Origin: Macrostomum lignano
Lineage: Eukaryota
Direction of reading: 5' to 3'
Assembly: GCA_002269645.1 (NCBI GenBank)
Contig: NIVC01001987.1
Coordinates: forward strand, 1 to 64,000
Length of the DNA stretch: 64,000 nt
Position 1 is the stretch's first letter, and the number at the start of each line of letters is the position of its first letter. Under the pieces are notes generated by a model. That model was not told the DNA's origin. It saw only the letters and a list, made by a program, of their open reading frames with translations, and did not search any database. Below are positions 32,181 to 45,330 of the stretch, in pieces. Position numbers and translations under genes: made by a program.

Positions 32181-32245
32181 CACTACTAAGATTCGAACCC
32201 AGGTCGCTGCATTTGCAGTCCAGTCTGTTCACATCTAGGCTAGCT
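32181..32245 (-). mobile_element. tRNA-derived SINE head (fragment)
   Basis: Minus strand carries a GGTTCGAATC B-box with an A-box-like TAGCCTAGATG about 35 nt upstream; no complete cloverleaf. Confidence 0.4.
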
Positions 32246-34698
32246 ATTATCGAATTTATAAATGAAATTGTAGCACTTAAGTATCAGTCTCAATTAAAGT
32301 TGACAATATGGTTACGCAATCTAAATCAAGTATGGTGCTACGCTTCCACACTGCATTTTCAATACTGTGACGAAATTCAAGTTGGAGTTACAATTCAGTT
32401 ATGATGCAATCTATTTCAGAATCAGAATTCAACGAGTCAGTTTTTTCTCTAGCATTCTTACAATGCATTTCAAGTCGAAAAGTTTGCTTGACCTTTGCAA
32501 AAAAGCATGTTTTTCGAATATTTAATGCCTTTAGCATCGAGCAATTTCTTAGCCACGATGCATGTACCGTCACGGGAAAATTTCTGATCGAACAGTGCAA
32601 GTCTCATGAAAATCGGTTAAGCCATTTTTTCTCTAATCGATTACAAGCAAGCAAGCAAGCAAGATTTTCATTTTTAGTATATAGGATTCATGGTTAACAT
32701 TTTTGTCTATAACAATTTCACTTCAATAATGTGATTTATTAAATTAAAGAAGGAATTGGTTCTTAGGAAAATGTTTTATTTATTGTATTTTCATGAATAA
32801 TTTTTGCTATATTAAACATTCTGCTTACATTTACTACTCCTATACCAAATAATTCTATTTGCTATATTAGTTGTAGCGTATCTCTTAGCCCTATCTCTTT
32901 TTTTCCTTTGTCTTTGCTCTTGAACTATGCCATTTTATATTTTATAATGTTTGCCTTTATTTATAGGTTAAGAGAAAAAGACATTGTTTAGGAGTACTTA
33001 GCAAATGTTTCATTATATTGGGTTTTTGTGCATTCTGGATACACCTAAATCCTTAACAGAGTTACAAATTTGCATCTTAATTTTTTCATTGGTATGTATA
33101 TTGGCCTAGTTGTAATTTACACCTAGATTTTGCAAATTTTATCAAAGTTCTAATATGTTCTCTCTATACTCATGCATTGGTTTTCTATTACAATTTGGTC
33201 TCTAGCAAGAAACATGCATTCCCAGCATCCAACATGTTTCCATTTTTCAATTTTCCTAACTTTAATAATTATCAGCAATAATCAAATTATCAATACTCAA
33301 AGGCTCAACCCTCCATTCACCCTGAAGCTCTCCCTTCTCAAACCTGTTAGTCAAAAGCTGCCTGCACTCGATTGGTTTTGTTGGCTGCTTGTGTTTCCTG
33401 ACCATATCTGTAACATCTTACTATCCTAAATCGTTCACATCACAAAAATACTGTACCACCTGAGCCCTGAGCTAAACTACACCTCTGTCCCTGGGCAGCT
33501 AGACAGCCAACCGAGGCTCGTTGAGGGCTTGGGTGAGTCGCTTTTTGTGGTCGGCAGAAGTAAATAAAAAAGCCCAGCAAGACCGCCCGCTTCATATTCT
33601 CCGCCTTGTCTTCGAATTCAGTGCCGGCAACTTTCCTATCGCAGGCCGCCAGAATGGCTGAGCTTATCAGGCCCGAATCGCAGACTACTCGCAGTGAGGT
33701 AGTGTGTTTTTCAGTTGAGAATTACATCTTGGAGCCTGCAGCTGAGCAGACCACTAGCTTGCTGCGAGGTCCGCCAAGCAGCTGTCTGTCCATGCGTCAC
33801 ATTCGATCTCCGATGTTCAATGCGTTTTCAATCTGTTTTTTGGCTCTTTGAAATCTGATTGTTAGATCTGTTTTGCCCCACTGCTTTATTCCCCAGTCTC
33901 TCGGGATTCGGGAGACATTTTAGTGCTACGTTTTAGGGAAGGAAGTCATGTGCCAATAGGCTTTGTGTTTTTCTTTTGATTTTTTCAAAAAGTAGCTGTT
34001 TGCAATCTTTTGCTGCTTTGTTTCTGTACCGAAGGCGAGATAGCAGTGATTGAAATGGATTTGCCAAATGTAAGCAGTGCCCTCTGCTATATACACAGTT
34101 TCCCCAGTTCCCCTGCGTCATCCAGGCTTGCAAGAGTTCAGCAGTTTCCTATCGAGATAAGGTTAGGCTTAGGCGAAATTGCGGTGTCTTACTCGGTTCT
34201 GTGTTTACATTTCTGCGCCCGACGTCCCCGGATTCCCATCTTCGCAGTGCCAATTTGGGAGTAGCGATTGCGGCGACCTTATCAAGAAAGCAGGCGCCTT
34301 AATCTCAGCAGTCCCCACTGAGCGTACATTTGAGTCGCCCGGCAGTCTGGTCAAGTCCGGTCTGCCCTTCACAATCCTCAGACCTGTCTATATGCTTAGC
34401 ATCAGTTTTGCAAAGCACTGACTTCGAGCCATCCAACTGGAATGTTCTGGTGCCAAACTTCACTGGATTTATCTTAGCCAAATTACAAACTTTCAAAAAT
34501 TGCTTGTTTCTATGGTGTCCTGGGGCCCCGGAGTTGCAAATTCAACTTCGACTGACTGGCCTTTGCCATGATAATCTTGATAGCGCCCAGCCCGTTTCCC
34601 GATGCGTTCCAGCCGCCGTCTTTTCGGCCTCTGTTGTAGCGCAGCCGCCGCTGCCGACGAGCGAGTAGCTGCTGGACTCGCCGCCCAGGCTGCTAGAC

Positions 34699-37600
34699 AT
34701 GCGACTGGCATCAACCGATGGGGCCTCACCGGCGGCTGCTGGCCGCGCCTGGCAGCCCCCGTCATGGTTGGCGCCCGTGCTGGCCGTAGCCTCGGCGCTG
34801 CTGCTTTTGGCCATCATTCTGCTGCTGGTGAGCTTTCATGTACTGTGGGAATGGATTCATGTACTATAGGGATAGATTCATGTACTGTGGGAATAGATTA
34901 ATGTACTGTGGGACTAGATTCATGTACTGTGGGAATAGATTCATGTACTGTAGGGATGGGTTCATGTACTGTGAAAATGTATTTATGTATTGTGGGAATG
35001 GATTCATGTTTTGTGGGAATGGATTCATGTACTGTGGGAATAGATTAATGTACTGTGGGAATAGATTGATGTACTGTGGGAATAGATTCATGTACTGTGG
35101 GAATAGATTCATGTACTGTAGGGATGGGTTCATGTACTGTTGAAAGGATTCATGTACTGTGAAAATGGATTCATGTTTTGTGGGAATGGATTCATGTACT
35201 GTGGGAATAGATTAATGTACTGTGGGAATAGATTGATGTACTGTGGGAATAGATTCATGTACTGTGGGAATAGATTCATGTACTGTAGGGATGGGTTCAT
35301 GTACTGTTGAAAGGATTCATGTACTGTGAAAATGTATTCATGTATTGTGGGAATGGATTCATGTATTGTGGGAATGGATTCATGTACTGTGGGAATGGAT
35401 TCATGTACTGTGGGAATGGATTCGTGTACTATGGGAATGGATTCATGTATTGTGGGCATGGATTTCCTATGTACTAAAACTCGTGTACTGTGGGTATGAA
35501 TTTATGTACTGTGGGAATATATTCATGTACTACGGAAATGAATTAATGTACTGCAGGTTGCTTTTGTTTGGAGTATCTGCATGAGTTGTGAGCAGGTATC
35601 AGTCTATGTCCCAAATTGTGTCAGCAGATATTTGGTGGTTTGTGTGAAAAATTAACTTGCACACGCTTCGATACTATGTTGAACAGCACACTGAACAGTA
35701 GATTATATTGCCAGTCTTTTTAGTCTGGATTTCCTGGGTTTCCAAAGTATTCCTTGCTCCAATTTTGGTTGACTTTGATGACTTTATTTGTCTCTCTGTG
35801 TTCACTTAGCAGTGATAGCCGCCCGCCCCTAGTCTGCTGTACCTGTCTGTGCTGTAGGCTTAAACTCGGGCTTATTGGGCACGTCATCTTGTATAAATAT
35901 TGCTGCAAATGCGTCTTGTGTTATTGGCTGTGCTATTCTCGCTGTTCTGAATACTTTTGCCCACCTGCCTTCATACTGATGATGAGTGGCCTGAAGCGCC
36001 ACTGGATAAGACATAATCCTCTTTGTCACTCTCTGGTGAGTTTTTACTTAACTGCAGATGATAGCGTGCTGACCTGTAGATGATAGCGTGCTGACCTGTA
36101 GATTATAGCGTGCTGAACTGTAGATTATAGCGTGCTGAACTGTAGATTATAGCGTGCTGAACTGTAGATTATAGCGTGCTGAACTGTAGATTATAGCGTG
36201 CTGAACTGTAGATTATAGCGTGCTGAACTGTAGATTATAGCGTGCTGAACTGTAGATTATAGCGTGCTGAACTGTAGATTATAGCGTGCTGAACTGTAGA
36301 TTATAGCGTGCTGAACTGTAGATTATACCGTGCTGACCTGTAGATGATAGCGTGCTGAACTGTAGATTATACCGTGCTGACCTGTAGATGATAGCGTGCT
36401 GAACTGTAGATTATACCGTGCTGACCTGTAGATGATAGCGTGCTGAACTGTAGATGATAGCGTGCTGAACTGTAGATTATACCGTGCTGACCTGTAGATG
36501 ATAGCGTGCTGAACTGTAGATTATACCGTGCTGACCTGTAGATGATAGCGTGCTGACCTGTAGATTATAGCGTGCTGAACTGTAGATGATAGCGTGCTGA
36601 ACTGTAGATGATAGCGTGCTGAACTGTAGATTATAGCGTGCTGAACTGTAGATTATAGCGTGCTGAACTGTAGATTATAGCGTGCTGAACTGTAGATGAT
36701 AGCGTGCTGAACTGTAGATTATACCGTGCTGAGCTGTAGATGATAGCGTGCTGAACTGTAGATTATACCGTGCTGAGCTGTTAGATGATAGTGTGCAAAA
36801 CTGTAGATGATGGCGTGCTGAGCTGTTAGATGATAGTGTGCAAAACTGTAGATGATGGCGTGCTGAGCTGTTAGATGATAGTGTGCAAAACTGTAGATGA
36901 TGGCGTGCAGAAGCGTAGATGATGGCGTGCAGGACTGTAGATTATGGCGTGCAGGACTGCAGATAATAATGTGCAGAACTTGACGATGGCGTACTGACCT
37001 GCATGTGTTTATGTGTTACGAGTGCATGAATTTCTGAAAAAGCCGCTTGCATGCGCTTTGAGTTGCAGCTCGCATTCCCGGATCCTCTCCGGTTTTTGCC
37101 TGTCCAGGCTGAGCTGAGGACGCATTGAAACAAATGAAAAGATTCTAAAACCGACTCTGGCCTGGAAGTTACTGAGTGTCAAGTAGTCTGTCTTTATGCC
37201 GTCCGTCTGTCTGCAGGCCTTTTTAATTAAGTAAACAGATGTTCTCAGCTTCTAAGAAGTGATTGTCGAGTTCAGGCAAGCCATCCAGCCTATATGAAGT
37301 AGAGAAGATCATTTGAGTTGCATTATTTAAGAAGTTCCGGTACAAGTCATATATTTCATATTCATATTTTGTGCAAGTGTTTCATTTTGCAGCATGAATT
37401 TACAGCATCTGGATGCAGCGCCGCTTAGTATAAGAAGTTCCAACTAGTCGCCTAACTTTTATCGCACATACTGGTATTTACAGCAGGCATAATTTCAAGT
37501 CGAAAGTACTCAACACGTCAATGTACGTGTGGCTTTTACGGTAAAAACTCCCTTGTGAGATCCAAGTTTATTACTGAGATTTCCGATGCGCCAAATATCG

Positions 37601-39891
37601 GGAAATTGAGTCTCCATCGGCTACAATAAATTTCTTGCTCACAATCAACCTGATGCCGTGTCGCACACTCAGCTATCTGGTGCCACTGTTCTCATGCGCT
37701 CTCTTGCTCACAGCAGCCACCCCAATTGTCAACCCACCGCCAGTGGTTCTGCTGCTGTCGCCGCAAGCGAAAGTCCTCGCTGTCGTCCGCACTGCCGCAG
37801 TCGTCAGGCCCGACAGCTACCTCCTCCGCTGCGGCTGCGGCAGCTGCCGTCAGCGCTTCGATGCCGCCGTTGAATCCACCGGCACTGATCGAGCGGCCGG
37901 TGCAGCCGCCAGTGTGTGCCGCTGGCCCTTGTGGATTCGCGGCGGGAGCACCGCAGCCCAGCCGTTCCTCGGGCCGTCAGGCCGGCAAGGGGCTGCTGGG
38001 CTCCAGGCGCGGCTCCTCCGCCAGCCTGACGATCTCGCTGGGCTCCTCCAGCCAGCAGCCGCTGCATCAGCCGCTGCAGCCATCGGCTTTGGCAGAGCGA
38101 GCCCAAGAGCGGGACCTGCTGAAGTCGCTGAGCCGGCCTCTGGTGCCCGCAGACCTGCTGGCCGCCAACCCCAGTCCGCAGGCGCTGTTCAAGGAGTTCT
38201 GGGATGTACCGATGCACCACGCCGGGCGGTGCGACCTGCCGGAGGGCGCGGCGCCAAAGAATCGCTACCCGACCATGGTGCCTAATGCGGACACCCGGGT
38301 CACCATTCGGCAGGACGAGTACATCAATGCCAATTTCCTGCGGGGCGCATTCCGCACGGAAAAGTGCTTCATTGCTACGCAGGTCTGTTGCCTATATGAT
38401 CGTTTCGATGACCAGTCTAAGTTTGTTTATCAAAATCCAGGAAATTTGAAAGCAAATCTTGCCTTCCCTATTTTCCCGCGTAGGGTCCCCTGGCGGACAC
38501 GGTGACGGACTTCTGGCAGATGATTTGGGAGCAGCGACCCAGCGCAATAGTCATGCTGACTGACTTGGTGGAGCGGGAGCGGCCCAAGTGCCACCTGTAC
38601 TTTCCGCTGCACTGTGGCGATCGAATGCGGCACGGCCAGCTGGAGACCGTGCTAGAAGAGCTGCAGGATTGCCCAGCAGGATATCAGCGCAGGCTGCTGC
38701 GGCTTACTGTGAGTGTTTTTGGCCAGTGTCCCATGTTATCAACTTTACCCATGTTTTCTGCCTTCTTCCCTGTTCCACCTCTAAGTTTCTGTCCTGTCCT
38801 CTACCTCCCCTGTCCTCTCCCTACCTCCCCTGTCCTCTCCCTACCTCCCCTGTCCTCTCCCTACCTCCCCTATCCTCTCCCTACCTTCCCTGTCCTCGCC
38901 CTACCTCCCCTGTCCTCTCCCTACCTTCCCTATCCTCTCCCTACCTCCCCTGTCCTCTCCCTACCTCCCCTGTCCTCTCCCTACCTCCCCTGTCATCTCC
39001 CTACCTCCCCTGTCCTCTCCCTACATCCCCTGTCCTCTCCCTACCTCCCCTGTCCTCTCCCTACCTCCCCTGTCATCTCCCTACCTCCCCTGTCCTCTCC
39101 CTACCTCCCCTGTCATCTCCCTACCTCCCCTGTCATCTCCCTACCTCCCCTGTCCTCTCCCTACCTCCACTGTCATCTCCCTACCTCCCCTGCATGTCAT
39201 CTCTCTACCTCCCCTGTCCTCGCCCTACCTCCCTTGTCATCTCCCTACCTCCCCTATCATCTCCCTACCTCCCCTGTCATCTCCCTACCTCCCCTGTCCT
39301 CGCCCTACCTCCACTGTCATCTCCCTACCTCCCCTGCATGTCATCTCTCTACCTCCCCTGTCCTCGCCCTACCTCCCTTGTCATCTCCCTACCTCCCCTA
39401 TCATCTCCCTACCTCCCCTGTCATCTCCCTACCTCCCCTGTCCTCGCCCTACCTCGCCTGTCATCTCACTACTTCCCCTGTCGTCTCCCTACTGGTATCT
39501 CCCCATTTCGCCTCCCTTCCTGCTCGCGCAGCACGCGGATTATCCGTCCGAGGATTCAGCGCTCAGCCTGCAGCACTACTGGTTCCGCAGCTGGCCGGAC
39601 CACCTGTCGCCGGACAGCTCGGCCGCCATGCTGTCCCTGGCCGAGAGCTGCCTGTCCCTTCCACCGCCGATCATCGTCCACTGCAGCGCCGGGCTGGGCC
39701 GCACCGGCACCTTCTGCGCTATCTGCATCTGTGTGCGCCAGCTGCGCCAGACCGGCAGTTGCGACTGCCTGGCAACGGTCTGCCAGCTGCGCTTGGACCG
39801 CGGCGGCATGGTCGACTCACACGAACAGTACGAATTCGTGCACCGCGTCCTGCGGCTGTACGCGCAGACCCGCATGGAAGATGCCGGCTGA
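34699..39891 (+). CDS. PTPRR: KIM-family protein tyrosine phosphatase (PTPRR/PTPN5/PTPN7-like), single TM, ~450 aa
   Basis: Exons 34699-34827, 37744-38382, 38484-38708, 39532-39891, all phase 0 GT-AG. TM helix followed by WFCCCRRKRK; KIM-like LLGSRRGSSASLTISL; KNRY, YINAN, DFWQMIW, WPD and HCSAGLGR motifs. Exact paralog and start exon are uncertain. Confidence 0.85.
34835..35550. repeat. 21-bp intronic minisatellite (TTCATGTACTGTGGGAATGGA)
   Basis: Begins within ~10 nt of the intron-1 donor. Confidence 0.95.
36055..36990. repeat. 22-bp intronic minisatellite (ATAGCGTGCTGAACTGTAGATT)
   Basis: About 40 units, diverging toward the 3' end. Confidence 0.95.
38795..39480. repeat. 20-bp polypyrimidine intronic minisatellite (CCCCTGTCCTCTCCCTACCT)
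   Basis: Fills most of PTP intron 3. Confidence 0.95.
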
Positions 39892-42497
39892 CGATTGCGG
39901 CTTAAGCGCGCAGGTGGGCGGAAGATCCGGGAATCTCGGCAGTCATCGCGCATTTTCAGGCAAATGCTTCTCGTAAGCCATACTACTAGCAGTAGAAGGC
40001 AGGTTGCTGCGGATTCCTGCTAGCTTGCTCGCGCCAGAAACTATTAATAACATTAGGACGTCATAAAGTTAATTGGCCTATCACCTGACCATTAGCCGAG
40101 GGCAGCAGGAAAGTTTCTGGGTGTTTAGTAGTCCCTAATCGCTGCCTGTTGATTCCCTAGGCATTCTTCATACCTCTTTTGGCAGAATCCCAACTGCGTA
40201 GCGAGCCGGTTGTCTGTTGTGCTTGTTGCCATGCGGTATTTTGGGACGCTCAGTTTGTCCGACACAATCAAATTTCGGTGTTGCCAGTCAGCCCGCTTTG
40301 TAATTGCGCTTATAAATGTCCCGTCAGAATATATCTGCTACCACCTCACCTATCTTCGCTTCGTGTGCGATTGTGTGCAATTATTATATTCGCTAATTCT
40401 GATGCAGGCCCAGCACTGGTACAGATTTAGCTGGTCACACTCCGCTGCCCCAAACACTTGGCTCATTGCCACCGCTGTGTTGTGTCCCATTCCATGTGCT
40501 GGTGTTCAACTATCCGAGCTGGCAATTGATTCTAATCTCTTGCAATGCTTTTTATTAATAATACCATATTCCTATTGGAGAGCTTTTTGCCGACTAATAT
40601 TTTTCGTATTACGGTTGCACCCAATAATGATGAATTAACGTGATTTTTCTGTCTGTGAGCTAGTTTGTTTTGTCGTGGTGATTATTGTCTTTATGCGCAC
40701 CACACCGGGTGATCGGTTCCATTTTTTCTGCGTTTGCTGAATTCTTTTTTTTTGCTGTTTACCGTAATGTTTAAGAATTATTGATTCTCGCTTACCTTGT
40801 CTTGCGCTAACTTTTTCAAAACAAATATAGATTTATTCTAAATATTTGTTCGACTCATTTTGAGGTGGACGTGGATGCTATTTTTATAGAAATCTGACTT
40901 CTCGAGTTCTAGTGCAAAAAAATTGAATTCAGACTTCACGCCTTTATAAACTTTTCTGCACGTGTTATGCGCGACTGTTGAACTGGTGTCTCAACTGGGT
41001 GCGTCTAACATGGCTTCCACCCAGTACAGCAAGCATTCTGCGGCTGAGCTGCATAGACTTGCAATGTTTATGAACTTGATTTTACTCAGACAGTGATATT
41101 TTTAAAGCAGGTATTACGAGTAGCTTATTGAAATATTTAGTTTACTGATTTTTTAAGCCATAAAACTAACGACATCGAGATTATTAACTTAACTTCTATT
41201 CTATTGTTCACATGAATTACATAGTTTGTCAATCTTCATGTTTCACTTATTATTTATTAGAAAAGTTAATAAAAGTCCCCACAAGTGCGAATTATTAATT
41301 TATCCTACATGTATTATAAATCTAATTGTATAGCGTGTAAACAAACATGAAGCAAACGTGAACTATATATTTTCGTGTAGGATAAAGATCGAATTAAAGA
41401 CAATGATCAAATAGAGCAATGAGACTTGTGGAGTAGAGGACGGATTGGCCCAACTGTTAGAGTTGGCCCAAAATAAGCCCCAAATAAACCCAAAACTGCA
41501 ATACCCTCATGCAAGTCCAGCCACGGAAAAAGAGAGGGGCGGCTGCCCCCGCTCCCTCCCCTGGGCCTGGACTGGACCTGCCACTGAGTGAGCGATTTCA
41601 ATGAATGATCCTACTCCTAAAGTTAGGTTATGCAAGTTAAAATTCAAAACCGCGCAGTGTGCTTGACTTACACTAGTATAACAATATATTAGTTTTAGTT
41701 AGCATAAGAGTAGGAGGTTTAAAAAGGCAGAAATCTAAATATACTAAATCTCTAAGGTTTGTATGTTTGTCCATAACGCTCTAGAGCGAGCAATTCTTCA
41801 CCGATTTTGATCGCGTTTTCGCCAAAAGATTTGTAATCAGCCTGGGATTGTATGGTTAAAATTTCTTGTATCTGCTTCAATGCTAAAGGGATTAAATATT
41901 CGAAAAATATTTACTAAAAATAGTAGTTTTTTTCTTTTCAACGGAACGAAAGTATAAAGTATAGTATAGTGGTGGCTGCTGAGCTGATGTTTGTACTTAT
42001 CACACATTAATTAACTATCTGCAGCCTAGCGGCCTAGCCTGTCTGCCCCTACGCCCTACGGTCCTACTGCCACCGGGCAACTACCAAATGCCTTCTAATA
42101 AATAGTTCTATAACTTCACTACAGTAGACACTAAAGTCCAAAGTTGCCATGGTCTTATTGGATCCAATTTGGTTTGATTTGACAGATTTGATTAAATTAA
42201 ATTCAGTTTGGTTCAATTTGATCAGTATTATTATATTAGGCCTATAACTTATAAGCAGATGCTGAAAATGATACGGCATAGCCCCTATGTTTTTTCTAAT
42301 ATACTATATTATTTAATATTTAGTGCAATGTGCATATTTATTACCATGAAGACTTAGCACACACTTCACTACATACCTACTCAGTGCATATGAAATTGAA
42401 AGTATTCATTTCAAAATCTCATAGCCTACAATCCTATTATATTCATTTGAGCCAAATTATATTCTTTAGCTACTAGCTAGACCTACTACTAGTTTGC

Positions 42498-42844
42498 CAG
42501 TGGCATAGCCAAGAAAGGGCCGTGGCTCCCCTAGGCCCAATTGCCTGGAAGGGTAGGGTAGGGTTGGGCATGGCAGGTGAGGTACCAAAAACCATGATGT
42601 AATTAAGTGCCTACGGCACTAAAATGAGTGCCTGTGGCGCCAAAATGAGTGCCTGTGGCACCAAAATAAGTGCATGCAATTCCAAAACAAGTGCTGTGGG
42701 CTGTGGTATGGTGCTAAAAAAGTGCCTATGATACACAGTATGGTGCCAAAATGAGTGCCTATGGCACCAAAAGTGGCAATGGCATAAGGCATGGCCAGCC
42801 AGGCCAAACTGTCCCCCCAATTGAAATTCTTGGCTATGCCACTG
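42498..42844. mobile_element. hAT MITE, 347 bp
   Basis: Perfect 18-bp TIR CAGTGGCATAGCCAAGAA; perfect 8-bp TSD TAGTTTGC; internal 21-bp repeats. Confidence 0.9.
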
Positions 42845-44169
42845 TAGTTTGCTTGATTACTATTTTAAAAAGACAATTTGCGAACAATGTTGATGTCATA
42901 TTGCAGAGATATTACATATTTTGGCAATTATAAAGAAGTGCACATTTAACTATTATGTTTTATTATTGAATTAAATGTAGGCTATACTTTACAATTGCCC
43001 ACATTTCGTTTAGGCCTATAATTAAAAAAAAATCATAATGCATTTATAAGGCCTAGTTTATTTTTGTCTATTTATTATAAAAACTTAAACTTAAAGATAG
43101 GCCTAGTTGAACAAGATATATTTATTTAGTAGTCTATTTATTGTGGCAATACTCCAGTATCCAGTATGGCAGTATATTTTGTCCTATTTTTTAATTGAAT
43201 TAATCTTATCATTGTTGGAACTGCAGTTGGGGTCATTGTTGGGTTGGGATTATGGTTCCAGTCATTGCTGCGACTAGTAATTATAATATTACTAAGAAAT
43301 TATTTTTTTAGCTATTGCCAATAAGTGATAATGCTGATATAGTATAGAAATGGCTATGGATAACAGATAAGAGCATAGGGCCTATGAGTTCTTTAGGCCT
43401 GTATAAAGACCACAGTAAACTAAGATTTGGAAAGTTTTTTTTGTAGTTTTGTATTTTTATTTTTTGTTAAATTTTAATTTTTAATTCAAAAACTTCTTTC
43501 AAAGTTGGTCAAGTAGTAAAAAATTTATTTGAAAAAAACTTATACAATAATTTTTTTACTATTTTTATAATACATTTTTGTCTATGTCATGTGATCTTAA
43601 ATCATTAAAATATTCTAATAAAAAATGTAATAATATTTTATATAACTGATAAGCCTAAGGCTAAGTAAAAATTTTGTTTGTCTAAAAATATCAGTTAAGT
43701 CTTAAGAATTGAAAAAGTAGTTCATTATATTGGCTATGCATTTTTTAGGGGAAAGGGGCTAGGTCTAATGATATTTTTGCTAGAATTAACCATTTTTTTT
43801 AAATACAAAAGTTAAAAATGTACTTTTTGTAAGTATCACAGTTTTTTATTAAGCTTTTTCTTTAAAAAAGATCATGACAATTATTTATCATTTTGATAAA
43901 AGCTAAAAAATCATTTTTTTTGTTTTTTCTTTATGGAAAAGTGTTTTTTCTAATTAAATCATGTTTGCTTTTTATTCTATATAATAGCATTGCAAAGTTA
44001 TTTGTTTGTAAAAAAAACTAATTTTTACTAAAATTGCTTTTTGTATACATATTGGCAAATCGTAGGACCTTCATTAAAGTCTTTACTCTATGGGGTAGAT
44101 AGTCATTTTGTCTATTGCCAATTTGTCTAAAGCACTTGACTTACTTGACTTAGCTGCAAGGCTATCCTA

Positions 44170-44620
44170 GGGGGACATAGCGGGAAGGCGCAAATGCCTA
44201 TTCCACTTATCCCTAAATGGCCAATGTGTTACTATGGACATGGGTTGGCACTGCCCAGGGAGGTCCCCCAGTGTTGCCAGCAGCTATAGTTCTTTCTGGA
44301 AAGGAGAGTTCAGCCTTGCAGGTGGCCTCAAGGTAATGCAGGAGGTGAAGCTCACCAGGGTTCCAGTGGTAATTGATAGTATAGCGCAAGTTGATAGCTA
44401 CAGAGTAGTATTGTCTCAGGTTGAGCATTGAGGCAATGCCATTGGTGAAGACACAATTGGCCTGACACTTATAGAGAATGTTGAGGCATAGGTCACTATG
44501 TGGGACAAGGTTCCATTTAGTAGGTGCCCTCATGTAAAGGTATTTGACACCAGTATCAAATAAACACAATGTTGTTCTAGCCACCTCACCCCTGACAAAA
44601 AGGTTGAGAGGCAGTAGATT
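44170..44620 (-). pseudogene. Decayed Gypsy protease / RT-start remnant
   Basis: LFVRGEVARTTLCLFDTG protease motif; PPWAVPTHV resembles the SPWASPLHMV start of RT. Confidence 0.5.
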
Positions 44621-44649
44621 AAGGAAGGCCCCTATTTTAGCAAAGGGTG

Positions 44650-45330
44650 TATAAAATAGCTCTATAGTGGTTAGTGCAAGAGATCAAAGTATTGAGCTCT
44701 GAGCTTACTAGACAACTTTTATATTTTTGGTACAAGCAAACGTAAGAGTAATTGATGCATAAAAGCACAAGGGGTTTTAAAAGAATGCACACACTAGTCA
44801 CACTCAATGAAGCATTGTCAGTCAATCAATAAAATAAAACAGCAAGTGTACTCAATGTACACCCACTGAGTCACGTGATACGACACCTCTCCCATTGTAG
44901 TTTAGGTGGATGGGAATTGATCAAGCTCTGCTTGATCTTCTGAGAGCCTGTGCTAGTCCTTGATCCAGAAGTTGCAATGGTCAAGGCTGCAATGGTAGTG
45001 GTAGTGTTGGCGGCAGCATTGGTGGTGGCGGCAGTGATGGTGGCGGTAGTGGTGGCAGCTGTAGCGGTAGTGGCAGCAGAACCAATGGTTGTGATAGTGG
45101 AGGCCTGAGCTCATTGCTGGATTCTGGATTCATCTGCAGTGGCCCAGGCTGCTGGGAAGTCTTGTCAATTTGCATCTGTTCTATGTGCCACCGCACCATC
45201 CAGTTGTTTGGCAGAATGCACTTGTACCAGTTGTTGCCCTCCTTGCCAACCACTATAGCCAATGTCCAGGTTTGCTCGTTCCTACGGCTAAAGTCTTGAA
45301 TAAACACTGCCTCACGTTGCGCCATGGTTT
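44650..45330 (-). mobile_element. Decayed Gypsy 3' end: integrase C-terminus, PPT and LTR
   Basis: VFIQDF...W...VVGKEGNNWYKC...RWHIEQM integrase tail; PPT AATGGGAGAGG (44886-44896) directly followed by TGTCG (LTR start at 44885). Confidence 0.65.

Noticed and set aside
32181-32245. Functional tRNA gene
   Set aside because: B-box is present, but no acceptor stem or complete cloverleaf could be built; called a SINE-like fragment instead.
33606-33851. 81-aa ORF / possible upstream PTP coding exon (MAELIRPESQTTRSE)
   Set aside because: No homology cue and no convincing in-frame splice to exon 1; probably promoter or 5'UTR sequence.
38502-39976. 467-aa and 462-aa Pro/Ser/Leu-rich ORFs
   Set aside because: They read through PTP intron 3, whose pyrimidine repeat has no stops; canonical splice sites restore a normal PTP domain.
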